Shown one piece after another: positions 31,068-41,658 of a stretch of DNA of 64,000 nucleotides (position 1 is the stretch's first letter; every line of letters begins with the position of its first letter). The stretch is from Longimicrobiales bacterium (GTDB lineage Bacteria; Gemmatimonadota; Gemmatimonadetes; Longimicrobiales; Gaopeijiaceae), in the NCBI GenBank assembly GCA_965197725.1, contig CBDANQ010000061.1:202515-266514 (forward strand). The letters are read 5' to 3'. Below the pieces are notes generated by a model. That model ran no database searches. It was not told the origin of the DNA and was given only the letters and a program-made list of their open reading frames with translations. The translations under genes and the position numbers were made by a program.

Positions 31068-32090
31068 CTAGAAGGCTGTTGAAGAAGTACAGCGGGCCGC
31101 CACCCGTGCTAACGCACGGGTCCCCGGGATGCCACGGCCCCAGAGGGCACCCGTGCATAGCACGGGTCGCGGAGCTTCGAAGGCATAGCCGTCGCTGCCG
31201 ATGACCGCGAGCACCAGCATGACGGACACCACCGTCGGGTGCAGCGCCGCGACCGGAAACAGCGGCAGCAGGAACCGGAGAAAGCCGTACGTGCCCATCT
31301 TCAGGAGCACCGCGGCCAAGACCACCGAGCCCGGCGTCGGGGCCTCGACGTGGGCGTCCGGAAGCCAAGTGTGCAGCGGGAAGACAGGCACCTTCACGCT
31401 GAACGCCAGCGCGAAGGCCGTGAAGAGCCAGAGCTGCTCGGTCCCCGTGAGCGGCAGCTGGAGCATGTCCGAATAGGCGAAAGTCGAGATGCCTAGCAGC
31501 GTCTTCGCCTTGTAGAACAAGTAGAGAATCCCGACCAGCATCAGTAGAGACCCGAACGCCATGTACAGGAAGAACTTGATCGCGGCGTAGATACGGCGCT
31601 CCCCGCCCCACACACCCACGATGAAATACATGGGGACGAGCGTGAGCTCGAAGAACACGTAGAAGAGGAGGAGGTCCGTCGCGACGAAGACGCCGACCAC
31701 ACCGGCTTCCAGGAGCAGCATCAGCGCATAGAACGCACGCTGCTTCTCCGTGATGTAGTTGAACGACCCGAGGATCGCGAGCGCGCTGGTGGACGTGGTC
31801 AGGATCACCATGAACAGGCTGATGCCGTCGATCCCGAGCGAGTAGCTCACCCCCCAAGTCTCGATCCATGGCCTGGTGCTCTCCATCTGCATGCCGCCCT
31901 GCGTGGGATCGAAGGCCCACCAGAGCCCGAAGCTCAGCACCATCACGCCCATCGACCACCAGAATGCCACCCTCTTGGCCGTTTCCCCCTCGGCCCAGAG
32001 CACGAGCCCCACGCCCAGGATGGGCAGCCAGATGAGCGCGTGCAGCGCCCACCCCGTGTAGCCGATCGATTCGAGCATCGAATTCATCAT
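31068..32090 (-). pseudogene. nuoM: NADH-quinone oxidoreductase subunit M, 3'-truncated
   Basis: GIDGIS, AAIKFFLY, PLHTWLPDAHVEAPT, LLKMGTYG; similarity stops at VLAVIG (~31197); the KKLxAYxS motif and later helices are absent. Confidence 0.85.
31101..31168. repeat. Two REP-like hairpins at the nuoM breakpoint
   Basis: ACCCGTGC-TAAC-GCACGGGT (31102-31121) and ACCCGTGC-ATA-GCACGGGT (31149-31167). Confidence 0.75.
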
Positions 32091-32100
32091 CGCCCGCCCA

Positions 32101-34257
32101 CTAGAAGATCGACACGCCGAGGATGACCAGGACGCCGACGGTGAGAACGAATGCGTAGGTGTTCACCGTCCCGGTCTGGAACACGCTGACGACGAAGCCC
32201 AAGGCTCGCGCCATGCAGCCGACACCGTTCACGACGCCGTCGATGATCCCCGCGTCGATCACCTTCCAGCAGAACCGGGATAGGGCCAAAACCGGCTGAA
32301 CGATGACGCGGTCGTAGAGCTCGTCGACGTAGCACTTGTCGTGGAGCACCTTGGCGATGCCGGTCGGCTCGACGTCCTCCGCGGCCGGCACGACCTTCTG
32401 GCCGCCGACGAATCGGAACGAAGCGACGACGACCGCGAGCCCAGCCAGACCCGAGAGAACGGCCCAGACGACTTCGCCCCCACCCGTGGGCGCGGTCTCG
32501 GCAAGCACACCCAGGTTGACCTCCTGGATGTGCTGGGCCTGCTCCGTAATCGGGTGCAGCCATTCGTGGAGCCAGCCGCTGGTCAGCGGCCCGAGACCAA
32601 GTAGCGTATCTCGGATGTGCCCAGAAACGTTGACCCATCCGCTGACCGCGGCGAGGACGGCCAGCACCGCGAGCGGCGCCCACATGACCGCAGGCGCCTC
32701 GTGCAGCGACTTCTCCTCTTCGCCCCCGGTGCGGTTCTCACCGTGGAAGGTCATGACCATCATGCGGGTCATGTAAAACGCCGTGAGCATCGCCGCGGCT
32801 GATGCGGTTACCCAGTACACCGTGTAGAGCACTGGATAGGGGGCGTTCGCCGCCCCACCGAATGCGGCGGCCTGCCAGATGATCTCGTCCTTGGAGAAGA
32901 AGCCTGCGAATGGCCAGATGCCGGCGATAGCGAGGGTGGCGATCCACATGGTCGCCCACGTGATCGGCATGTGCTTCTTCAGCCCACCCATGTTCCGCAT
33001 GTCCTGCGCATCTTCATCGCTGTGCGTGCTGTGATACGCCACGTGCATCGAGTGGATCACGGCACCCGCACCGAGAAATAGCAGCGCCTTGAAGAACGCG
33101 TGCGTCATGAGATGGAAGACGCCGGCGCTGTACGCACCAACCCCGACGCCGACGAACATGTAGCCGAGCTGAGAGACCGTGGAGTACGCGAGCAGCTTCT
33201 TGATGTCGTTCTGCTTGAGCGCGATCGTCGCGGCGAACAGCGCGGTCAGAACACCGACGCCCGCCACCGTCGCGCTCGCGATCGGCGAGAGCGCGAAGAG
33301 CACCGACGAGCGCGCGACGAGGTACACGCCGGCCGTGACCATGGTGGCCGCGTGGATGAGGGCAGAGACCGGCGTGGGGCCCGCCATCGCGTCGGGCAAC
33401 CAAACGTAGAGCGGCATCTGAGCGCTCTTGCCCGCCGCGCCCAAGAAGAAGAAGAGCGTGATGGCCGTCACGAGCCCACCGCCGTAGACGAGGGCTCCTT
33501 CGGCTCCCGCGAAGATCGGCACGAAATCCAACGTGCCGAACGTCGTGAACAGGAAGAACATCGCGACCAGGAAGCCGAGGTCGCCAACGCGATTGACGAT
33601 GAACGCCTTCTTGCCCGCGTCCGACTTCTCACGGTCACTGAACCAGAATCCGATCAGCAGGTACGAGCAAAGCCCAACACCTTCCCAGCCCACGAACATG
33701 AGCGGGTAGCTCGCGCCCATCACGAGCACGAGCATGAAGAAGATGAAGAGGTTCAGGTAGGCGAAGTAGCGGGGATAACCCGCATCGTCCTTCATGTAGC
33801 CGACGCTGAACACGTGGATCAGGAACCCCACGCCCGTGACGATCATCATCATGATCATCGACAGTTGATCGAGCTGCAGCGCCGCCTCGACGCTGAAGGT
33901 AGCCGTCGCCATCCACGTCCAATACTCGACGACGAAGGGCTCTTCGAGATGCGCGCCGGACATGCGCCCGAAGTTCACCAGCGTGATCACAAAGGCCAGC
34001 AGCAACACACCCGGGCCAATCAGACTCGGGAGCGTGTGCGTCAACGGCCGACCGCCCTCGTCGAGATCGAGCTCGCCGCCGGAGCGGACGGCGGCAGCCG
34101 ACGTCGACGCATGCCGGAGCGCGAGCACACCGTTGAGCACGAAGCCGAGCAGTGGCAACAGGACGATGACTCCGGGAAGGAACGCCTCGAAGTGCGCGCC
34201 GCCCTCGGCGGCCGTCTGGCCGCCCTGGAACAGGAGCGCTGCTAAGGAAGCGTGCAT
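32101..34257 (-). CDS. nuoL: NADH-quinone oxidoreductase subunit L
   Basis: GWEGVGLCSYLLIGF, GKSAQ, WLPDAMAGPTPVSALIHAATMV, HAFFKALLFL. Confidence 0.96.
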   Translation of the reverse strand: MHASLAALLFQGGQTAAEGGAHFEAFLPGVIVLLPLLGFVLNGVLALRHASTSAAAVRSGGELDLDEGGRPLTHTLPSLIGPGVLLLAFVITLVNFGRMSGAHLEEPFVVEYWTWMATATFSVEAALQLDQLSMIMMMIVTGVGFLIHVFSVGYMKDDAGYPRYFAYLNLFIFFMLVLVMGASYPLMFVGWEGVGLCSYLLIGFWFSDREKSDAGKKAFIVNRVGDLGFLVAMFFLFTTFGTLDFVPIFAGAEGALVYGGGLVTAITLFFFLGAAGKSAQMPLYVWLPDAMAGPTPVSALIHAATMVTAGVYLVARSSVLFALSPIASATVAGVGVLTALFAATIALKQNDIKKLLAYSTVSQLGYMFVGVGVGAYSAGVFHLMTHAFFKALLFLGAGAVIHSMHVAYHSTHSDEDAQDMRNMGGLKKHMPITWATMWIATLAIAGIWPFAGFFSKDEIIWQAAAFGGAANAPYPVLYTVYWVTASAAAMLTAFYMTRMMVMTFHGENRTGGEEEKSLHEAPAVMWAPLAVLAVLAAVSGWVNVSGHIRDTLLGLGPLTSGWLHEWLHPITEQAQHIQEVNLGVLAETAPTGGGEVVWAVLSGLAGLAVVVASFRFVGGQKVVPAAEDVEPTGIAKVLHDKCYVDELYDRVIVQPVLALSRFCWKVIDAGIIDGVVNGVGCMARALGFVVSVFQTGTVNTYAFVLTVGVLVILGVSIF

Positions 34258-34261
34258 GCCG

Positions 34262-34555
34262 CTACCACCTCAGCAGTTTGAAGTTGTCCACATTCACCGT
34301 CTCGTAGTGCCGGAAGATCGAGATGATGATGGCGAGACCGACGGCCGCCTCCGCGGCCGCGACCGTCATCACGAAGAAGACGAATATCTGCCCGTCGATG
34401 CCGTGCAGCCGGGAGAACGCGACAAACGTGAGGTTCACCGCGTTGAGCTGAAGCTCGATGCATAGGAACATGATGATCGCGTTCCGACGCACGAGCACAC
34501 CAAAAGTGCCGAGCACGAACAGAAAGGCACTGAGAACGAGCGCTTCGGTGATCAT
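34262..34555 (-). CDS. nuoK: NADH-quinone oxidoreductase subunit K
   Basis: [24 protein letters not shown]. Confidence 0.96.
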   Translation of the reverse strand: MITEALVLSAFLFVLGTFGVLVRRNAIIMFLCIELQLNAVNLTFVAFSRLHGIDGQIFVFFVMTVAAAEAAVGLAIIISIFRHYETVNVDNFKLLRW

Positions 34556-35070
34556 GCGACGTTCTGCTTGGCAAGGAGGAGCGCGCCCACGATTGCGACG
34601 AGCAGCAGGATACCCGTGATCTCGAAGGGCACGACGTAAGTCGTGTAGAGCGGTTCCGCGATCGCACCGACAACGCCGTGGTCGGCCATCGCCGCGTCGA
34701 TCGCAGCCCCGCCGGGAGCGCCCTCGGCGAGAGCGGCGCCGCGCAGCTGGATCGACAGGAAGGCCGCCATCGCGCCGACGGTCACGGCGGAGACCAGCGC
34801 AAACATGCCGGCCTTGAGATCCTTCTGATAATCGTGCCCCAGACTCAGCAGCATGATCACGAAGAGAAAGAGCACCATAATCGCGCCGGCGTACACAATG
34901 ATCTGGATCGCCGCCAAAAAGTGCGCCTCCAGCATCACGAAGATCGCCGCCATACTGCCCAGCGTCACCACCATCGAGAGAAGGCTACCCACCGGATTCT
35001 TCGACATCACGACGCCGAGCGCACCAGCCAGCGTAACCGCCGCAAAGACGTAGAAAAGGACGGTGATCAC
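34552..35070 (-). CDS. nuoJ: NADH-quinone oxidoreductase subunit J
   Basis: [32 protein letters not shown]. Confidence 0.95.
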   Translation of the reverse strand: MITVLFYVFAAVTLAGALGVVMSKNPVGSLLSMVVTLGSMAAIFVMLEAHFLAAIQIIVYAGAIMVLFLFVIMLLSLGHDYQKDLKAGMFALVSAVTVGAMAAFLSIQLRGAALAEGAPGGAAIDAAMADHGVVGAIAEPLYTTYVVPFEITGILLLVAIVGALLLAKQNVA

Positions 35071-35567
35071 TCGGACCTCGGGTCCGATGGATCCCACAAA
35101 AGCGTCGTCGGGTGGTCTTGTTCCATCAGTCGGTCCAAATCGTAAACAAACCGGTCGCGTGTATACTCAGCATTCTCGAAGTGCCGCCCCACATGGATCG
35201 CCTCGACCGGGCAGACCTCCTGGCACATGCCGCAGAAAATGCACCGGAACTCGTCGATCTCGTACACGATCGGGTATCGATTTCCCTGGTCGTCCTCGCC
35301 ACCTACCAGGCGGATGCAGTTGGCGGGACACACGGTGGGGCAGAGGCCGCACGCAACGCATTTTGGACGTCCGTCTGCGTGAACTTCCATGCGATGCGTG
35401 CCACGCCAGCGCGGGCTCAGGTCGGTCTGCTCCTCGGGATATTGCTGCGTCACCTTGGCCGGGTTGACCATGTGCTTGAAGGTGAGCGCCATGCCGCGGA
35501 GCGCGGCGCGGAGGTAGGAGGTCGACTCCGACTCCGGTCGGTGCATGACTTTGACTGAAATGGCCAT
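35067..35567 (-). CDS. nuoI: NADH-quinone oxidoreductase subunit I
   Basis: Two CxxCxxCxxxCP 4Fe-4S motifs. Confidence 0.96.
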   Translation of the reverse strand: MAISVKVMHRPESESTSYLRAALRGMALTFKHMVNPAKVTQQYPEEQTDLSPRWRGTHRMEVHADGRPKCVACGLCPTVCPANCIRLVGGEDDQGNRYPIVYEIDEFRCIFCGMCQEVCPVEAIHVGRHFENAEYTRDRFVYDLDRLMEQDHPTTLLWDPSDPRSE

Positions 35568-35579
35568 GGACTGGACGCC

Positions 35580-36863
35580 TCAATCCCCCGCGGGAGCGGC
35601 TTGAGAGATGGTCTTGACCTCGACTCTCTGCGCGTATTGGGCAGCGGCGCCGGTGATCGTACGACCGCGGTCCAAGAAGAACACGAAGCCAACGGTGGCG
35701 GCCGTGCTAACCGCGGTGAGCGCGGCGCCGTAGCTGAAACCCCACGCCACTCCGACCTCGTCGAGCACGAGGATCGTAGCACCGATCAGCATCACATAGG
35801 CGAGGGCGGTAGGCAGCATGACCTTCCATCCCAGCGCCATCACCTGGTCGTAGCGGAAGCGTGGGAGCGTCCACCGGATCCAGATGAAGAGCAACAGAAA
35901 GAAACCGGTCTTGGCCGCAAAGCCGGCGAAGGTGGCTAGCGTCTTCCACAGTGCCGGGCTCGCTAGGACCACGGTGCCGTCGGCCGCGAAGCCTCGGATG
36001 AGCCGTCCGTCGTACCAGAAGGCGTTGTCCCAGGTGCCGGGCAGATCCCAGCCACCGAGGAAGAGCGTAGCCATGAGGGCCGATGCAGTCGCCATGTGTC
36101 CGAACTCGGCGATCATGAAAGCCGAGAACTTCATCGCCGAGTACTCGGTGTGGTACCCGGTGATGAGCTCCGACTCGGCCTCCGCCATGTCGAAGGGTAG
36201 CCGGTTCGTCTCCGCGAACGCCGAGATCACGAAAAGAATGAACGCCAACGACAGCGGGAACGCGAACCACATGCCAAGCTGCTGCTGTTGCCAGATGATC
36301 TCGGTGAGCGTCACGTTGCCGGCCATCATCAGCACTGCGATGAGCGAGAGGCCGAGCGCGACTTCGTAGCTCACCATCTGGGCCGACGCGCGCAACGCGC
36401 CCAGGAAGGCGTACTTGTTGTTCGACGCCCATCCGCCGAGCACGACGCCATACACCGCGAGCGAGCTGAGGGCGAGCACGTAGAGAATCCCGATCGGCAC
36501 GTCCGCGATAATCATGTCGACGACGCCAGCGGCCGTGGGCAGCGGAGCGGCAAACGGGATGACGGCGAACGTCACCAACGCCGGCGCGAGTACCAGCATC
36601 GGGGCCATGACGAAGAACGCCTTCGAAGCGGTCGCCGGAACCGTCTCTTCCTTCAGGAGGCTCTTGATGCCATCCGCGATCGGCTGAAGCAGCCCGAACG
36701 GACCCACTCGGTTGGGACCGTGGCGGTCCTGGATCCAGGCCGACACACGACGCTCCGCGAGCGTTGTGTACGCCACGACGAGCATCAGCACGGTGAACGT
36801 CACCGTGACCTTGAGGCTCATCGCCACGAGCGCCCAAATCCCCGAGATGGGTTGGAATTCCAT
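35580..36863 (-). CDS. nuoH: NADH-quinone oxidoreductase subunit H
   Basis: ERRV..QDRHGPNRVGP, AETNRLPFDMAEAESEL, PRFRYDQ. Confidence 0.96.
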   Translation of the reverse strand: MEFQPISGIWALVAMSLKVTVTFTVLMLVVAYTTLAERRVSAWIQDRHGPNRVGPFGLLQPIADGIKSLLKEETVPATASKAFFVMAPMLVLAPALVTFAVIPFAAPLPTAAGVVDMIIADVPIGILYVLALSSLAVYGVVLGGWASNNKYAFLGALRASAQMVSYEVALGLSLIAVLMMAGNVTLTEIIWQQQQLGMWFAFPLSLAFILFVISAFAETNRLPFDMAEAESELITGYHTEYSAMKFSAFMIAEFGHMATASALMATLFLGGWDLPGTWDNAFWYDGRLIRGFAADGTVVLASPALWKTLATFAGFAAKTGFFLLLFIWIRWTLPRFRYDQVMALGWKVMLPTALAYVMLIGATILVLDEVGVAWGFSYGAALTAVSTAATVGFVFFLDRGRTITGAAAQYAQRVEVKTISQAAPAGD

Positions 36864-36867
36864 CCGG

Positions 36868-38454
36868 TCAGTCTCCCGCGAGCGACACGGGGTTGTTCAC
36901 GACCGCACCGCGGGTGCCGATGTCGTCATAGGTCAGGCCACTGAAAGCGGGGACCCCGGTCACGAGTGTCGTGAACGCGTCCGCCGCACTGCGCGGGGCG
37001 TCGGTGTCCATCAGCTCGGCGACCAGCGCTCCCAGAATGAGCCATGCCGGACGCGCCATGCCGGGCGCTTGCAGGCCCGGCCAGAAGCGCTGCACACGCC
37101 CAGCCACGTTCGTGAACGTGCCCTCCTGCTCCGCGAAGGTCGTCACGGGAAGCACGAAGCGGGCGGTGGCGGCAGCCTCCGACTCGTGGCTGCCGAGGAA
37201 CACGTAGAGCGCTGCGTTCTTGCCGAAGTCCGCGGCCTGGTCCTCGAGCGCATCCCCGAGCACCATGAGCACCCCATCGTGGCTGGCCGCATCCTCCAGG
37301 CCGCCGGTCGCGTCATCGGCGCCCGCCCGCTCCAGGCCGATGAGCTCGGCGCCCGTCGTGTTCGCCGCGAGGTCCCGTCGACGCGCTAGCGACGGGAAGC
37401 CTTTGAGTACGATCTCATGCTCAGCCCGGGCGGAGCGGTACACGGTATCACCACCACCGAGCGCCTCGATGAGCGCCCTGAGCGCGCCGAGATCCTCGTT
37501 CGAGGCGAGCGGCGAAGCGACGGCTTTCACCGAACCGGCACCGTTCGCCTCTTCGAGCAACGCGCTGAGCGCGTCCTTCCAACCGACAGCCTTGCAGCCA
37601 CCATCGCCGTCCCTCACCAGGGGTGCCTCGATGCGAACGCCCTGGTTGATCCACTCGTAGTTTTCGCGACCCTGGTCGCACATCCACCAACCGTTGACGT
37701 CGAGGTCTTCGCGTGGCTTGAGGCGCTGAACCAGGTTGTCTCGCGTGTGCAGATCGATGTTGCAGCCTTGCGAGCAGCTCGTGCAGATCGAGGGCGTGTG
37801 TTCGAGGTCCCACGCACGCGCCTTGTGCAGAAAGTCCTTCGAGACCAGGGCGCCTACCGGGCAGATATCGACGATGTTGCCGTGCCAATGTGTGCCGTCG
37901 AGGCCTTCCTCGAAGAACGTGTCGATGACGGAGCGGTTGCCTCGGTCCACGACGGTCAGCCGAGGGTCCCGTTCCACTTCGCTCATGAAGCGGACACAGC
38001 GCGTGCACATGACACAGCGGTCGCCGTAGAAGAGCACATCACCACCGAAGTCGTCTCGCCCGAAAACCCTCTTTGGCTCACGCGAGCGCCCGCTTTCCCG
38101 GCCTTCCTCGTGCACGTAGTCCTGAAGGTCGCACTCACCGGACATGTCGCAGATCGGGCAGTCGAGCGGATGGTTCACCAGGTAGAACTCGAGCACGCCC
38201 TGGCGACTCGCCTTGGCCTGCTCGGACTGCGTGTGCACCACCTGGCCGTCCATCACCGTCGTCACGCATCCAGGCATCGGCTTGGGGGCACCCTCGATCT
38301 CGACGAGGCAGAGGCGACACATCGCGGGAGACGACATGCCCGGGTGATAGCAATAGTGTGGGACCTCCTGGCCGATCGTCTTCGCGGCTTCGAGGATCGT
38401 GGTTCCCGTGGAGACCGTGACCTCGTGGCCATCAATGGTGAGCGTGACCGCCAT
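36868..38454 (-). CDS. nuoG: NADH-quinone oxidoreductase subunit G (short form)
   Basis: CYHP..CRLC, HPLDCPICD..GEC, CVMCTRC, CTSCSQGC. Confidence 0.92.
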   Translation of the reverse strand: MAVTLTIDGHEVTVSTGTTILEAAKTIGQEVPHYCYHPGMSSPAMCRLCLVEIEGAPKPMPGCVTTVMDGQVVHTQSEQAKASRQGVLEFYLVNHPLDCPICDMSGECDLQDYVHEEGRESGRSREPKRVFGRDDFGGDVLFYGDRCVMCTRCVRFMSEVERDPRLTVVDRGNRSVIDTFFEEGLDGTHWHGNIVDICPVGALVSKDFLHKARAWDLEHTPSICTSCSQGCNIDLHTRDNLVQRLKPREDLDVNGWWMCDQGRENYEWINQGVRIEAPLVRDGDGGCKAVGWKDALSALLEEANGAGSVKAVASPLASNEDLGALRALIEALGGGDTVYRSARAEHEIVLKGFPSLARRRDLAANTTGAELIGLERAGADDATGGLEDAASHDGVLMVLGDALEDQAADFGKNAALYVFLGSHESEAAATARFVLPVTTFAEQEGTFTNVAGRVQRFWPGLQAPGMARPAWLILGALVAELMDTDAPRSAADAFTTLVTGVPAFSGLTYDDIGTRGAVVNNPVSLAGD

Positions 38455-39749
38455 CAGGCAGCCCCCACGGGCTCACCGCGCCGGATCAAGGCGAGATACT
38501 CATCTCCGAACTTCTCGATCGACGATTGCACCGGAGCTGCCACGGAGTCTGACAGCAAGCAGATCGTCGTGCCGACCATGTTCTGGGTCATCTCCATCAG
38601 CGTATCGAGATCGCCCTCGGTCCCCTTCCCATTCTCGATCCGCCGGAGGATCTGAGCGGTCCACGCCGTCCCCTCACGACACGGCGTGCACTGTCCGCAC
38701 GACTCGTGCGCATAGAAGTCGACCATGCGGCGGACCTGCTTCACGATGTCCGCGGTCTCGTCCATCACGATGACTGAGGCGCAGCCGAGCATCGTTCCGA
38801 CCTCGACGCAGCCCTCGTAGTCGAGCTTGCACGCATTTGCCTCCTCGGCATTGATGAGAGGGACCGAAGACCCGCCCGGGATCACTGCCTTCAATGCGTT
38901 GCCGCCCCTCATGCCCCCGCAAACGTCTTCAATGAGCTCGATGAGCGGGAAGCCGAGCGGGAGCTCGTAGCTGCCGGGCTTGTTCACGTGACCACTCACG
39001 CAGAACAGTTTCGTGCCCGGACTCTTTTCGGTCCCATACTGCCGGTACCACTCGCCTCCGTTTTTTACGATGTGAGGAATGGCGGACAGAGTCTCCACGT
39101 TGTTGATCGTGGACGGCTGGCCGAACGCACCGACGGCAGCCGGGAACGGCGGCTTGATCCGAGGCTCGCCGCGGCGGCCCTCCAGCGAGTTCATCAGGCC
39201 GGTCTCTTCGCCACATATGTACGCGCCAGCCCCCTGGTGAACCGTGACGTCGATCGTGGAGCCGGAGCCGAGGATGTTCTCGCCGACGTAGCCCTTCGCG
39301 TAGGCGTCTTCGACCGCGCGCGCAAGAACCTGGTTCGCCTCGAAGAACTCACCTCGGCAATAATAGATGTAGACGTGCTGGGCGCGGATCGCGTGGGCGC
39401 CGATCAGGCAGCCCTCGATGAGCTGATGGGGGTCCCAGCGAATGAGCTCACGGTCCTTGAAGGTGCCCGGCTCTGATGCGTCAGCGTTGCACACGAGGTA
39501 GTGGGGCTTCCTCGGCTCCTTCGGCATGAAGGACCACTTCACACCCGTGGGAAATCCAGCGCCGCCACGTCCCCGAAGCCCCGAGGACTTCACGACCTCG
39601 ACGACGTCGTCCGGGCCCATTCCAAGCGCATTCTCGAGCGCCTTGTAGCCGCCGCGCTTCACATAGGCGCCGATGCGCCGCTGTTTCGGGTCGCCGAAAT
39701 AGGTGCTGAGAATGCGAACCTCTCTATCCGACACGTAGGGGTAAGCCAT
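38454..39749 (-). CDS. nuoF: NADH-quinone oxidoreductase subunit F
   Basis: GLRGRGGAGFP, GAGAYICGEET, ESCGQCTPCREG. Confidence 0.95.
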   Translation of the reverse strand: MAYPYVSDREVRILSTYFGDPKQRRIGAYVKRGGYKALENALGMGPDDVVEVVKSSGLRGRGGAGFPTGVKWSFMPKEPRKPHYLVCNADASEPGTFKDRELIRWDPHQLIEGCLIGAHAIRAQHVYIYYCRGEFFEANQVLARAVEDAYAKGYVGENILGSGSTIDVTVHQGAGAYICGEETGLMNSLEGRRGEPRIKPPFPAAVGAFGQPSTINNVETLSAIPHIVKNGGEWYRQYGTEKSPGTKLFCVSGHVNKPGSYELPLGFPLIELIEDVCGGMRGGNALKAVIPGGSSVPLINAEEANACKLDYEGCVEVGTMLGCASVIVMDETADIVKQVRRMVDFYAHESCGQCTPCREGTAWTAQILRRIENGKGTEGDLDTLMEMTQNMVGTTICLLSDSVAAPVQSSIEKFGDEYLALIRRGEPVGAA

Positions 39750-40379
39750 TTAGTGTCCCTCGGACTGTGCCTTAAGGTGCTCGACGATCTTTGGCACTTC
39801 GGTTGGAGCCACGTTCTCGTAGTAGCGCGAGTTGATCTGGACGCAGGTCGGAAAGCCGCACGCCGCGAGGCACTCGGAGGTCTCACCCAACTCGGTGTCG
39901 GTGTAGCACAGAAACGCCTCGACCACGTCGTCGGCGCCGCACAGGCTGCACGAGATGTTCGTGCATACCTGGACCAGATGCCGGCCGACCGGTCGCTTGT
40001 TGTACATCGTGTAGAACGTCGTGACCCCACGAACGTAGGCCCGGGGCAGCTCGAGCAACTCGGCGACTCGATCCATCGATTCGGGGCTCACGTATCCTCG
40101 CAGCTCTTGCGCAAGTGCGAGTGCGGGCAGTAAAGCCGCCTGCCTATCCGGATAGCGGGTCAGGATCTTGTCGAACCTGTCCAGATACTCTCCCTCGAAG
40201 AGCTGCGCCTCGGGATTCGTTTCGGACAGCATGAAAGGCATCGTCCCCGCTCCCGAGGCATGTCCACCGTGCTTCGGACGCACACCGACGAAGTCGTCGC
40301 CCCGGACCTGCTCTTCCGTGAGATCGAACTCGCCGCTATTGCCGGCCCATCCGGGGTTCCTGAACGGAACGTCGCTCAC
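39750..40379 (-). CDS. nuoE: NADH-quinone oxidoreductase subunit E (apparent short in-frame deletion)
   Basis: TFYTMY, CTNISC, ECLAAC; GTG at 40379 overlaps nuoD stop. Confidence 0.88.
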   Translation of the reverse strand: MSDVPFRNPGWAGNSGEFDLTEEQVRGDDFVGVRPKHGGHASGAGTMPFMLSETNPEAQLFEGEYLDRFDKILTRYPDRQAALLPALALAQELRGYVSPESMDRVAELLELPRAYVRGVTTFYTMYNKRPVGRHLVQVCTNISCSLCGADDVVEAFLCYTDTELGETSECLAACGFPTCVQINSRYYENVAPTEVPKIVEHLKAQSEGH

Positions 40380-41658
40380 CGATCGATCTCCCCGAGCACG
40401 ATGTCGAGGCTCGCGTTGATCATGATCAGATCGGAAAGCAGATGACCCTCGGCAAGCTTCGCGATTACCGACAGGTTGACGAACGAGGGCGGGCGCACGC
40501 GCCAGCGTACTGGCTTGGTGCCCCCTTCTTCCGCCACCAAATACATGCCGAGCTCGCCCTTGGAGCCTTCGATCGCGAAGTAGCAGTCGCCCTCGGGCGC
40601 CCGAATCCCGTCGGTGATCACCTTGAAGTGATGGATCATGCTCTCCATGTCGGACATCGTGTCCGTCTTGGAGGGCAGCGAGATGTTCGGGTCCTCGACG
40701 TTGATGGGTCCGTCCGGCAAACGCTCGAGCGCCTGGCGGAGGATGCCCACGCTCTGCTCCATCTCTTCCATGCGGCACAGATAACGGTCGTAGCAGTCCC
40801 CGTGCTCTCCGATCGGTATCTCGAAGTCGTAGGTCTCGTAGTCGTAGTACGGCCGGTCCCTACGCACGTCGTAGTCGACGCCGGCGGCGCGCAGGTTCGG
40901 TCCCGTGAAGCCGCAGTTGATGGCGTCTGGGCCGTTGATCCCGCCTATTTCCTTGCGTACGCCCAATGTGGATCTGATTCCCGGTAAGGAGGTGGTGTAC
41001 CTCCGCGAGCGTGTTTGGGAACGTGTCCAGGAACTCGCGCAGCGCGTCGGTCCACCCCTCCGGAAGATCCGCCATCATCCCCGCCGACGCGCGTGGCCGA
41101 CGTCGTGATGCGGGCCCCCGTAAGCGACTCGTGCAGCTTGTAGATGCGTTCCCGTTCCTGGAAGGAGTACAGAAACGGTGTAAACGCACCTACGTCGATG
41201 GCGGTCGTACCGAGCCAGAGCAGATGCCCGAAAATCCGGTCCATCTCCATGAGAATCACGCGGACGACCTTGCACCGTTCGGTGACCTCGATGCCCATGA
41301 GTTTCTCGACGGACATCACGTAGGCGCAGTTATAGATCAGCGGCGCCAGATAATCCATGCGATCCGTGAGCGTGACGATCTGATTCCACGTGCGGTACTC
41401 GCCGAGCTTCTCGAAGGAAGAGTGCAGATACCCGATGTGCGGGACGACCTTCTTCACAGTCTCGCCGTCGAGCTCGCAGACCAACCGGAGCACGCCGTGC
41501 GTGGCCGGATGCTGCGGCCCGATGTTGATGAGCATGTGCTCGGTGCTCAGGTCCGGCTCGGCGATGTCGAACGGAGCGATCGGGCTGAGTGCGGGGTTTC
41601 CATCCACCCCCATCTCACGCCCGCGCCCGACTTCGAGCTCTATCGTCTTCCGCGCCAT
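40376..41658 (-). CDS. nuoD: NADH-quinone oxidoreductase subunit D (two +1 frameshifts, ~41080 and ~40950)
   Basis: GPQHPATHGVLR, DRMDY, RPPSF..GEIDR; split over three ORFs at short homopolymers. Confidence 0.9.

Noticed and set aside
36868..38454. NuoG as a truncated pseudogene
   Set aside because: Fe-S motifs and the C-terminal EQEGTFTN motif are present in one frame; short NuoG forms are plausible
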